Assembly: GCA_038496445.1 (NCBI GenBank) | Contig: JALMLS010000420.1 | Coordinates: 496,001-560,000, forward strand | Reading direction: 5' to 3' | DNA length: 64,000 nt | Source of the DNA: Trichosphaerium sp. ATCC 40318 | Taxonomy: Eukaryota; Protista; Tubulinea | Shown here: one piece after another, positions 49,450 through 61,511 of the stretch | Layout: every line of letters starts with the position of its first letter | Position numbering within the stretch: position 1 is the first letter of the stretch | Made by a program: the position numbers and the translations under genes | The notes under the pieces: generated by a model | The model's input: only the letters and a program-made list of their open reading frames with translations | Database searches by the model: none | What the model was told of the DNA's origin: nothing

Positions 49450-50668
49450 ATGCTAGTACAGCCTGATGCTATTGTACATGAGGTATCAGGATCCGTTTAA
49501 ATTGAACTGGCTAAATAATAAATAATAGGGATTTACAGTCGAGATTCAGCTTGATATTATCGATTTGGACTTGTCACTGTATATAAAGTGGCCGCTCCTT
49601 TCTAAACAGGCGGCAATAAACACAAGGTATGACTGCGACATGAACAAGCATGGGAAATGGCTTCGAAGACTCAACAACCTTGTCGTAAGTCAAGAGTGCT
49701 GGAAATATGGTTTACGAAATGGAGAGTACAAGTACTGGCACAAAAACGGAAAATTAAAGAGCCATTGTTATTACATCAATGGTAAACGGGAAGGAGAATG
49801 CAAGCAGTGGCACTATAGAGGCGAATTGGAGAGTCAGTGTTATTACATTGATGGCAAACAAGAAGGAGAGTGCAGGCGGTGGTACAATAATGGTCAATTG
49901 ATGGAGCGGTGTAAGTATATCAATGGTAAATATGAAGGAGAATACAAGAAGTGGAATTCAAATGGTCAATTTTTGATCACGTGTAGTTACATCAATGGCA
50001 AAAAAGAAGGAGACTGCAAAGAGTGGTACAAGACTGGCAAAATTAAGAGCCTGTGCTATTATATTAACGATGAGTATGAAGGAGAATACATGGAGTGGTA
50101 TAAGAACGGCCAATTGATGATACAGGGAAGCTATGTCAATGGTAAAAAAGAAGGAGACTACAAGGAGTGGTACGAGGATGGCCAATTGAAGAGCGAGTAC
50201 GAATATATTAATGACAACTGGGGAAGAAAATATGATAAGAATGGTCAATTAATAAACAAGGTTATTGTCAGTTGCAAGAAGTGGTACAAGAATGGCAACA
50301 AAATGAGGCAGTTTTATAGCGTCAATGATAAAAAAGACGGAGAATACGAAGAGTGGCACAAGAATGGCCAATTGATGACCAAGTGTAGTTTTGGCTATGG
50401 CAATAAAAAAGGAGTACACACGGAGTGGCATGAGAATGGGAAATTGAAGCTCCAGTGTTATTTCATCGATGGTAAAAAAGAAGGAGAATTCAAGGTGTGG
50501 TATAAGAATGGCCAATTGAAAAGGCAGTATTATTATATTAGTGACAAAAAAGAAGGAGAATTCATGATGTGGAATATGAATGGCCAATTGACGGACTGGT
50601 GCATGTTTGTCAATGGAATTAAGACGAAGAAAACAAAAAGTGGTATGACAGTGTTGAACAAGTGGTGA
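49450..50668 (+). CDS. Degenerate F-box-like protein with MORN-variant repeats; one 5' intron (49483-49528)
   Basis: MLVQPDAIVHE|GFTVEIQLDII...LSKQAAINT is paralogous to LSKKAATNT in the 46590 gene. Repeat consensus YINGKKEGEYKEWYKNGQL. Confidence 0.82.
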
Positions 50669-50857
50669 ACATTTGAGAGCATAATCGCGACTAATTTAAG
50701 TGTGCTTATCCTAGAGAAACTATGTTAATAATACAAGGACAAGAGAGTTGAAGTTTTTGTAAAGCAAATTAGATAAACAACAACGTGGTCCGAATTTTAC
50801 TTTTTTTTGTTTCTTAATTAATTCTTCTTTTGTTCGTGTGTATTTTATTAGTTTGTT

Positions 50858-53580
50858 TTATCCTAGTAAGTACGATGCCAATATAATGTTATTGTAGTAG
50901 TTGTTGTCAATGTAATCAGGCTTTTTTACACCAAAATATACGTTAAGCATATGCTCAACCATTTCAAGACATCCTTCTATAGATCTAGTTTTTAATCCGA
51001 AGCCACCACTTGCTATGTATATTTGTTCACCTTGTACTGGATTCATAATATTTTTGTATCGAATCCATAGTGGCATTTCTGAAGGCTGAAGAGGGTACGA
51101 TCCACCTACACAGCACAAGCATCAGTACTTATAGTTAAAACGTAAAGTAAGGAATTTTTTGGAGATGCTCTCAACATTGAGGGCTAAGATGGCTTTCTGT
51201 ATGTAAACTATCCAGAAGCCAAAGAAATGTTATGTTAAATTACAGTTCTATTTATTTCAACTGTGTAGGGAACCAAATCTGTGTAAAAAAAGATAGACAT
51301 ACCTCCAAAGTCTTTCCAGTTACTCATATAACCATACTGAGCTCTGTCTATGGTACCGTTGACTTGTCCTTTATGTAATTTATCAACTTGGTCATGAATA
51401 TCCTCAAGTTGCACTCTATTTAGTGACACCTAAACAAAGTAAACAGTTTGTCTTATTTTAAGTTGGTACCAAAGACGATGTTTTACTTGTATCATAACGC
51501 TCCCAATAATCAGTGTTTGGACCTGTAGTATACATAGCCTCAAATACACCAAACCAATCACCATCATCATCAACAATAATATTACCTCTCTGGTACGTAA
51601 GCTGTTTTTGAGGCAAAGTAGAGATGATCCTGTTATCTTTTGTTCCAAGGCTCTTTAAAAAACTAGCAAAAAAGGGTCACAACAAACAAATAAAATCACG
51701 TGACACGTGGTAATAAAATCACGTGACACGTGGTAAAAGTGTCAAGAATTAATTTTAGTAAGCATAAATGCAGCGCACTTCAGGTTATCAAGGTAAAGAA
51801 CAAGCCTCTCTTGTCCGACTGGTCTGTTATAAATCGTGTAACTTTCTCTCATAGAAGAAGTTGCTTTAACAAACATTTCACTGTCATAGTCGAATCTTGT
51901 AAGCAAGTCTGATGGGTTTATAGCCAGTATAATCTTATCTGTAGAAACTGTGAATTTTGGGCCATAGGCTACCCTATTCTTGTTGCTCTTTGATGTCACG
52001 ACAATACTATATCTTCCGTCATCTGTTTTTGTAACAAGTGATACTTCAGTTGAAGTGAATATTCTAACTTCGCGCTTCGTCAGCTGCGCTCCCTATAGTA
52101 ACAAGGTGATAAGTACCATTAATTTCAATATAATTCATCATACTATAGCACTTATAAGAGAAGATCCATGCTCCAATTGATGTGTTCCTAGATCTGAAAA
52201 AAGAAAAATTAAGTCAAAAAAATCCTTTGTGAACCAAAACGAGTCACCTGTGATGTAGTCTGATACTTTCGCGTAGAACAGTGCCAGATTCAGTCCTATA
52301 GAAAATAAACTGTATCTACCAATATCTGATATTGTTGGGTCGTAATCTTGTAAGAAAGACTATTTGGGAAACAAGTAGGTTAAACAGTATTGAATTTTTT
52401 TTGAAAGAAAGTTAATTACTTACGTTCAATTCATCTGACATGCCAAGATCGTTAAAGAATGCCCTCCCAGAAACACTACTAAGATTGAATTGCTCCCATT
52501 GGTGGGTTTTTAATTCCTTGAAGCATTTTAGATGGAAAGATGCAGAGGCACAAAAAAAACATACATTCACAATTGCTATCAAGGCACGATACTTTATCTG
52601 TGGATTAGGGTTTGCGAGAGTTTCTTTGTTTGCCTCAATATTACTAAAAAGTTCCTTTGTCATCATGGATATAATGTCAGGCTTTAATACAAATGAGCAC
52701 TCAATGTTTGTAAAAAAACGTCACGTGCAGGATGAGATTTAGGTTTGTTAGGTCCCCACTCTTCTTCTGGATCAAAACTGTATGGTAGTTTTGATGAATC
52801 GCTTATATCTCTTTTTGAAATAATCTTATTACGTAAAAACCACCAAGCTACATCAACTCCCGAAGTGCAATTATGATGTAAGCACGATGTTTTTATTGCA
52901 AACCGTTTGATCAAATCCTGTAGCCACATTAGCATTAACAAACTAAGAAATAATATTCTGTATAATAGTATAGTTGTTGTATTACTCGCTTACGTTTAGA
53001 AGTGGCTGTGTTTCTGGATTAAACACAGTACCACCAAGTTCAAAGTACAGAGGTGGATGTGTCCTAAATAGGATATTTTAACGTGATGTGAAGCGACAGC
53101 AAAAGGTACTTTACCGTTTAACTTCCACTGTTTGTATTTTTCCTCCTAGGATTCTCTCTTTCTCAAAGATACTAGACACGTGACTTATGAGCCAGTTTGG
53201 ACATATATTAATAACGTACCAGATATTATTTCCCATTACCGTGTTGTCATCTACTAAGCGTAAAGCGGTATATAGACCGCTTATACCGCCACCAACAATT
53301 GTAACAGGACAATCAAAGTGAGCTTGAGTGCCTTGTTAACGGTATCAGTGTTTTAAGGCGGTTCTGCCAGTTCTTGCCTTTATTTTTCTCTAGTATGTAT
53401 AGTGTTGTCATAGTTATACCTGCAGCTACCGCTACAAGAGCTATAATGATTACAACAACTGTATACCGTATTAAAACAAACTTTTCTGTAATTCCACGTG
53501 CTCATTACAATAGATGTTGGCCTATGCTCCACAACAATATCTGGAGGGTGACTACCATTTACAAGCGAATCTGTGTCCAT
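50858..53580 (-). CDS. Flavin-containing amine oxidase family protein with N-terminal membrane anchor
   Basis: TM segment, then VTIVGGGISGLYTALRL, IFEKERILGGKIQT, FELGG, DKIILAINP and C-terminal SIEGCLE. Confidence 0.88.
51689..51734. repeat. Exact 23-bp tandem duplication with 4 CACGTG copies, intronic
   Basis: AATAAAATCACGTGACACGTGGT x2. Confidence 0.95.
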
Positions 53581-54491
53581 ATCCACAAGCGTAAACGACT
53601 GATTTTGTTGTTATTGGTCAATTTATTTACACAGACATTTCTCGCGATTCGTATATAACATAGTACTTGCTTACGCTAAAAATTGTTTCTATTTTGAGTG
53701 TATATTATTGTCAGCTATTCACAAAATATTCGTTTGGCCTTTTAAAACAAGCTGCAGTTGCATTTCCATTCATCTCTCGTTTCTTATTCAGTGGGTGCAA
53801 TTCGACATCGTAAGAAACTAACTGACAGCTCCGTTAGCTACATTACCTTGACAGTGATGGCTTCACGTTCTTTGGCAAGAATTGTGTTAAAATCTGGAGC
53901 AGGAGTGCTTAGGGTTGCAGGAAAACCAGTATCAAACCCTCGTACTCATCAACTCGGGTGCGAACAGAACATGTTGGGAACAACATTTGAACTCAAAGTT
54001 AGATACAACTACCGTCAGGATTATCCGCTCACGAAAATACTGTGACCTATTGAAGGGCGAAGCATGGGGTTACACAATTTTACCGAAAGCTTCTACCGAA
54101 ACAATACCAAAAGGATGCTTGAAACCAAAAGAAAAAAGGTTTGTTTTAGCAGACACCAATGATGCAAACGACTAAATGGCTCTGAATGCTTTCAGTCGGG
54201 CCGACAAGAGCCCGACCTTCGCTCACATTAATTGTCAACAGAAAATAGGTAGTTTTGTTTGCCGAAATTTCGGTAGATTTACACTACCCGAAGCATGAAC
54301 GCTTCTGTGTGGTGCCCTCCTAGCAACCAATGTATGTTATGAAAGTGTGAGAAATGACAAAACTGGGTGGCATCGTTGCAAACAGTTCAGGTAAGACTAC
54401 TATTAATTAGGTTCAGTGAAAGGTTTACAAAGAGCGAAAAAACTAACTTAGAAAACCGACAACAACAAGCACAACACAAACACAAAGAAAA

Positions 54492-54965
54492 ATGGCAGAA
54501 GCAAAACAAAACATCGTACTGCAACAACCAGGGACCTACAACATTACAATTACGTCAGGCTTGATCCAAAAAGCTCCTGAGGAGCGTAAACTACTATGCA
54601 AAGTGTTTTACGAACGTACGCAATACTTTTAACTGTATACACTCTTGCAATCTAAAAATATCATTCAAAAACTATTAAAAGCTATTTACACTCTCTTAGA
54701 ATCATCTACAACATGGAAACAAGCTGGTGAGCATATTATCGCCTTTGTTAATGGGTTGGCAAATCCAAAAAGTCAATTCAAAAGCATCACCATCAGCAGA
54801 ATGCACTATAACAATTGCATAATGAACACTGTCTACTACTACGATGGCGTATCAGAAAACTGCGATTGCCCTGACTCTGCTAAGCTTCAATTTGAACTTC
54901 ACATCAAGGGTGGAGGCGGTTGGAACGAACTCCTACCAGGTACATACTTCGCAAAGCAAGAATAA
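54492..54965 (+). CDS. Small hypothetical protein (2 exons)
   Basis: MAEAKQNIVLQQPG..., intron about 54586-54699, then ...GGGGWNELLPGTYFAKQE*. Confidence 0.65.
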
Positions 54966-55438
54966 AAAATTCTAACCATGTTTAGCTACTTCGCAAACTG
55001 TGTTTGGCAAATTTGGTGACAGGCTCGCTGCCACTGGTGTAGCCCTAGCTGATACATCTCTAGGCCAGAACTCTGACTCAGTATTTATGCCTTTCTACTG
55101 GGAAGCTTGAAGTGTATAACTCACTGTAATAAAATTGTGTTTCTATTAATAGACATTTGCTGTTGTCACAATCTCAATATCTGCAATGTTATCACGGTCT
55201 AATGAAAGCAAATTAGTTGTTCTGATAGTTTTGGATCGCGCCTGCTGCCATGTTGAGTCAAGTTGAGGATGTTACTATATTTCTCAAATCCGAAGTGTTT
55301 ATAAAAACTGGTTGACGGTGACACTCCGATACAAACTATTTCTTTCGACTCAATGAACAACGAAAAAATTAAATAAAAGATGAGGTTGTTGTGTTTCTTT
55401 CTTTTGATCTTTTCCTTCTTTTATTTTTTATGTACAGT

Positions 55439-58400
55439 TTATTTTCTTCCAACTCCCTCAAATTTTGAGACTAAATTAAATACTTTCGGTCTTTCTGGCG
55501 GTGTTCGTCTTGGCGGTGTCGCTGGTGGTGTTGCAGAAGGTGCTCTACTACTATTAGCCATCCCTTTATATCTAGAACCGTATGGTGGTGTTGTTGAGCT
55601 CAGGGCATTCATGGCTTTCACCTTGTTTGCTACAAGGTGCGTGGGAAGTTCTCCCTGGCTGCGGGAACGTTGTCGCAAGTGCCCTCGATGACGTTGGGGG
55701 TGTCGCCCACTTCGTGACCCTAGTTGTATTCTTACCACGCGAGGGCTAAGTAAAAAAGTTAGGAGAAGAGGTACAAGCAACATAAAACCAAAAAACAAGC
55801 TACACCGAAGAAGAAAAAAAAAGTTTTGTGTTTTTTTTTCTTCTTTCTTTCTGCTATCCCTATTCCCAGTCTGAAAAAATTTATCACGTGACGACGACTT
55901 AAATTTTTTCTGAGCTGTTTGAATCTACTGTGTAACAAAAAAAATAAATTAAAAATTGCCTAGTGCAATCAACCATTGTAACAGGTCGTCTTGTGTCCAC
56001 CAAGAAAGTAGGTTTTGATTTCGCAGGAGATGAATTTGCACTTGAAGGTTGTCTTGGAGGCGAACCAGCCTTTTTTTGTTTCACTCTAGCCAAAAGAGGG
56101 TCTACTTTATCTGACTTGTTTGATGTGCTAACAAGAGTAGGGCGAGATGGAGTGCTAAAGAGGAATAAGCGAAAGAAAGACATTGCTGTTTCTGGTTGGT
56201 TTTAGAACGTACTAAAAGGAATGTCGGTTCCTTGACAAGTTTCTACTGCCGTACGTCCAGAAAAACACGTTATCTTCTTTACCACCAGAAACCATATTAC
56301 CGTTTCCTATATGTGCAATACTATAGACGGTTTCATTATGACCATATAACTCTTGGACTTTTTTGAACGTCTTGAAGCAAAAAAACAAGTTAGTTATTTT
56401 ATCGCTTTCGTTAAGTGTTGCATGCCTTGATATCCCATACAATTATAGACTTATCTACAGACCCACTCCACATGTGTTTTTTGGATACCTCTTCCAAGCA
56501 TGTGATAGGTTCAAGATGGGAGGCAAGGGTCTCTTCGACAGCGCCAGTCTACAAGCAAAAATGTGAGCGAGTCTAACAACGTATACAGAAAAATAATAAC
56601 TTACCAGTTCGTGTCTCACTTTTATGCCCTTTTCTCCCGAAGTCCATACCTTGTTATTAACCCATAGTATAGCGCTAACAATGCCTATGAAATGAAAAGG
56701 AATTTAAGTACGACGTAAATCATTTTGAGGAAAAAGTCATTTGAAGTAATTACCACAGTGAGCATTTTTTAGAACCATCAACTGCTGTCGTGTCCTTGTA
56801 TCAATAACAAATATTTTTACATCTGATCCAATCCAAAGATGGAAGTATTTTACAACTCCAAAACATTGAATCTTTCCATCAACAAGTAATCCATGTCGAA
56901 GACTAAAATCACTCGCCTACATTGAAACTTTACTAAGAAAACTAAAAAACAACATTAAAAAACTTACCGACCAGACATTAATCCATCCGTTAATGTCACC
57001 TGTCCATACGGTTTGAGTAGACGCATCAGTAACAACACACATGGCTCGGACCTAATAAGATTGAATACTACGTACATACGGTGTCCTTCTGTTCAAAAAA
57101 ATACTAACCTCAGCTTGATGTTCCTTCAAACGTTTTCTACAAGCATTGTGCTTGTCAGTGGTCCATACACAAATATCACCACTCTCTGTTGTTGACCACA
57201 TATGTGAATGTTTTATTATAGGTAGCAAAGCGCATACACTATTCTTATGAGCTTGAAATTCTCGATCCAATGTCAACGTCTAACCCAAAAGTAAGTTAAC
57301 ATATCGTTCACAGAATAAACCTGGCTTTTAGCCTATTTTGGTCTTTTCTGCGTACCTTCGTGCTCCAAAGCGATATCTTACCACTAGTATGACCACACCA
57401 TACCTTATCTTTTAATTGTGCGGTACATTTTATACTTGAGTCTAGTGGTAATGTCTCCTTCTTTACTCGACTGATAACAGTCTCCGAACTATCAATTTTA
57501 GGACTTTGCGTTAAGAATAATATCTTCAAAAGCTTATTCTTTTTCTCGACTGTCTTGCAATAGAATACGTCTTTAGATAACATGAATCCAGTAGCTATAT
57601 TAATGGTTATTAAATTATGTTTAACAAGATATTCTAACCATCCTTGTGAGTCACTTCTAGCTTTGAATATCGATAAACTTTGGCTTTCGCAAACACTTTT
57701 TTCTCAGCTTGAAGTAAGTCTTAGTAATTTCCTTCCTTCTCTCGTAATGTTACAATATTGTACCTTTCAGTCCTTTGTACTTAGCTACAGCAACACAATC
57801 ACTGAATATCACAATCATATAAGAGCCATTAGTACCCTTTTTGAAAGGTCTACTGAACACGATGCCTAAAAATAAACATTAGCGTGCCAACTTTTATTTT
57901 GGAAAAAACGTCATGTAACGTACCGTCATCAATGTATTTTCGGCCTGGACTATGCTTCATACTTAAAAGGCTTTCCAATTCATTAGTTTTACGAGCTGCT
58001 TCTGCCTTCCTCTTTGCTTCATTGACGTAATTTCCAATTTCTTGCATACTTTCTAAAGCTTTTGGCAACTCATTATAATCAGGATGAGAAGGTTCAGTTT
58101 TCCTTAACAACTCTCCAAGAAGCATATTATATCTCGGAATACGTTGGATAACTGCTATTAAATAATTTTCCAAGTCATGATGAGCTGTATTGGCCTCTTG
58201 CTCCTAAATACGACATGAACATGATATCTATTTCTCCATTCGAAGGTATTTTATAGTTTACCTCAAGGAATGCGGCAAACGCTTTGTTCGATTTCTTAGT
58301 GCGATACAGTGTTGATAATGCATTCTCGTAATTATTGATGTAGAACGTGTAAACTTTAAAAAAGTCCGACTACCACACGTGCGTTAATAAATGCGGAAAA

Positions 58401-59110
58401 AAATATATAAGATGCTAGTGTTTGTTTTTCGGGTTTCTTAAAAGAAAAAGATACGCACGTGCTCAAGGAATAATTGACCTATCCTAGCATCTTCTATATT
58501 ACCTGATACACATTCTCGTAACCTAACCAAAAACGTTTCTACGATGGGACTTAGTGATAACGAAATTACCTCAAATTAGGCACAAATTCAAAAAAAAAAA
58601 AACGTTAGTGCTTAAGGCGTACGGGATAGGTTCTGAATAGAACGAAGCTCTGAAAATATATCTTTAATTGTTTGAGGATCAATCCACCTCATTAATGCCA
58701 CCGGTTGAAGAAACTTATCGACTACTACGTTGAGCTGTTGCAGGTAAGTATCCTCAGTTTCGACAATCTAAATTAAAAAAAAAAAAAGACTCGTCAGCAA
58801 TCGCATCACGTGCACGTTCCTGTTACCTCCGTTATTATCAAAGACCTCTTAGATGTTTTAGGAACCCCTGAACCATCTAAAAATCATGTTGAATAAAGTA
58901 TAACTGGTAAGACGGGAATAATTAAGACGGAGCACTCTCTTAGCTCCTTTTTGGCGCAAAAAAGGTGCCTCCATTAACTGTTTGTCTCAAAAGCTCCGTA
59001 CTTTTATTTCTAAACATTGGTTAAATCCAGGTAAAGAGTACGCGTCAGGAAGAGGTTTTTATGGAGATAATTATGTATAGCTGAGAACTTCGCTAGCGCA
59101 GCACCAGTCT
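55439..59110 (-). CDS. RhoGEF (DH-PH) with C-terminal beta-propeller and Pro/Ser-rich tail (start uncertain)
   Basis: EIVETEDTYLQQL, FKVYTFYINNYENA, LENYLIAVIQRIPRYNMLLGELLRKT, then a PH exon and WD-like blades (VWCGHTSGKISLW). Confidence 0.9.
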
Positions 59111-59375
59111 AACAAAGTCTCGAAAATCAAAAGTTGGTTTACACAAAATCTCACAATCGTTTTTAATCACGTGACTATTTTTGATTTCCCCGGCTGGGTT
59201 CACAGTTCAAAATTTCGATGGCCTTTAGTTGTAGGAGTAAGTGTCTTGTAAAATACTTTAACAGGTGGGAAAAAAGGGTGAAGCAAAGTGACAACGATGA
59301 TGAGTTAAGTCAATTCTCGGTCAAACGACTTTTGGTTTTATTTATAAATACAATTAAACACCACAACAATAAACA

Positions 59376-61182
59376 ATGGAAACGGAAACTGGATTAACGA
59401 CTTTACCTTACGTACAACGCTAGGACGCGCTTTTTAATTATTGTGTATTTGTGTTTTTAAACGTTACAACACCCGTGTTTACTAAGTTACCAGGAGATGA
59501 TGATAGAGGTTACATCATTGCTTGACGTAGTGTCTGAGGTTTATTTTTACTCAACTTGCAAACAATTCCTAGTAGTACGCTATACACAAGTACGACGCAT
59601 CTGTTTACCATTTGTTAATAGCTATTGAACGATTCATCCCGTTGGCAAGCCAGAATTCACCGAGAGTTCGGACAAGTCATTTTACCTTGTTATTCTGTTT
59701 CAGATTCATCAAAATGGAAGGACCTGTATATCAATGTGTTATCTCGTACGCTTTAAGTAGCTTTCTGATAACAAGCCAACGTGATTAATTCCAACAGGAG
59801 GTATTCCTGGCACTTCATTGGTGCCTCACCGTCGCGTTATTTCAGAATTTAATGAAGGTGATAAAACGTGGCATATTAAACATGTGCAGCGACATATATC
59901 ATCTAGAATTACGCTCGATATTAGGGTAAAACTTTACTCTGGAGAGTTGGTTTTTTTTTTGTGGATAGTATCCACTAATTTTTTTGTTTTAATTCTAGAC
60001 AGTTCAGACAACTCATGGATGGAATTTAAAGTATGCAAGCAAGGCTCCTTTTGCAAACTGTATTATTGGTTATTACGAAGCCGAAATTACAGGTCATGGA
60101 AGGTATTATCAAGCACGGTACGTTGCAGCAATGTTTCTCCTGAAAAACTTGCACTCTTTTTTTTTTCATTGAAATGACAACTTGTTTAATTATAACGTTT
60201 CTTTTAGCGCTGTGGGCGTTGGTATAGGGCTAAGAGATTATGTTCCAATTAACAGAATGGTCGGTTTGGATACAAGTTAGTGACGAAAAGTCTTCAAATC
60301 TTCGAATTTTTATTAATGTTTTCTTAACTTTTGCTGTTTTAACAATCTCTAGGCTCTTGGGCGATGCATAGTAATAATATGGGTAAGTTATTTTCTTTAC
60401 TACCAAAACAAAACTAAATTAGTGATTTCTTATTCCAGGCAAATTTGGGTCTTCTGCTTATAAGGGACACTTGGTTGTTGGGACCATAATAGGTACATCA
60501 AATCATTTTCTAGTAAATCATAGTCAACGCGCTGAAACACACTACCAAATACAACTAAAGATTAAAGCCAATTGGCAAGTTCTTTTAAATGCATTAAGTT
60601 GTATTCAAGAAAAAAGACAACATCCTTGCTGACTTAGGCGCCTTTACGTGGGAGTGTATCTCTCCACGTTACAATATGAAGGCTCATATATATTTTTTGG
60701 TATTATTTAACTTTCTAAAGGATGTGGTTTGGCTACTAAAGTGATTGAAGAACTCCCTGGAAAGCGTGTTGAGCTATATGCTTTTTGGACAATTGATGGT
60801 GATTTGAAGCATGTTGAGCTGATTGACAGGTCTTGTACCGTTGATATGATCAAATCACTACGACCAACAGTTAGTATAAGAACTGTTGGTGACAAGCTAC
60901 GCTTAAACTTTGGTTTGGTACGTACAGTATCTCATTTTAAAAAAACCCAACAAAAAATTATGCCAAAAAAAAAAAAGGGATCCTATTGCTTCCTCAATCT
61001 CATTTTTCGTACCCTTAATTATACCTTGGTTACTTATAGGGTGTTAATTGTTCCATTTTCTCATTTGTTTCTAGGGTAAGCCATTCTTGTTCGATGTCAG
61101 AAAAAATTACAACGAAGGAACAATTTTAAAACAAAGTACTCCGTTTGCTTGTCTCTTCAAAGGCAAAGAAATCGTGCTGTAA
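59376..61182 (+). CDS. F-box protein with SPRY domain
   Basis: LTTLPYEMMIEVTSLLD..STCKQF, WKDLYI; SPRY-like GYYEAEI, VGVGIG, MVG, VGTIIGCGL, LRPTVSI, LRLNFGLGKPFLFD. Confidence 0.8.
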
Positions 61183-61511
61183 AAATAACATCATTTTGCC
61201 TGTGTTGTTCCATTGCATAAAACTAGAGAGTAGAGTGTAGTCATTAAATAGTAATAAATCACTTGAGACTTTCAAGCTGTCAATGTACTAAACAAACAGC
61301 CAAGGCATTTAACTGAGTTCAAGCACACTTAAGCCATTAGTACTACCTTCCAATAGGAAAGCTAGGTGCAAGAGAAACCAGTCTTAGAATACACATTTTT
61401 TTATTACCCCTCATGTTTAACTTTGTACAATTTTTTGTTTTGATTCGTTCATCAAAACACCGTCCACTAGACCTTTTCCCAACACCATTTTTCCCTCCAT
61501 TAATGAACTAA

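Noticed and set aside
46590-50668. CRISPR-like array or bacterial toxin-antitoxin locus
   Set aside because: The repeats are in-frame 72-nt protein repeats, and there are no cas or toxin genes in an intron-rich eukaryotic context.
57866-57892. Ultra-short 24-26 nt intron in the RhoGEF gene
   Set aside because: The upstream GTACGT donor gives a normal-sized intron and the correct PH-domain frame.
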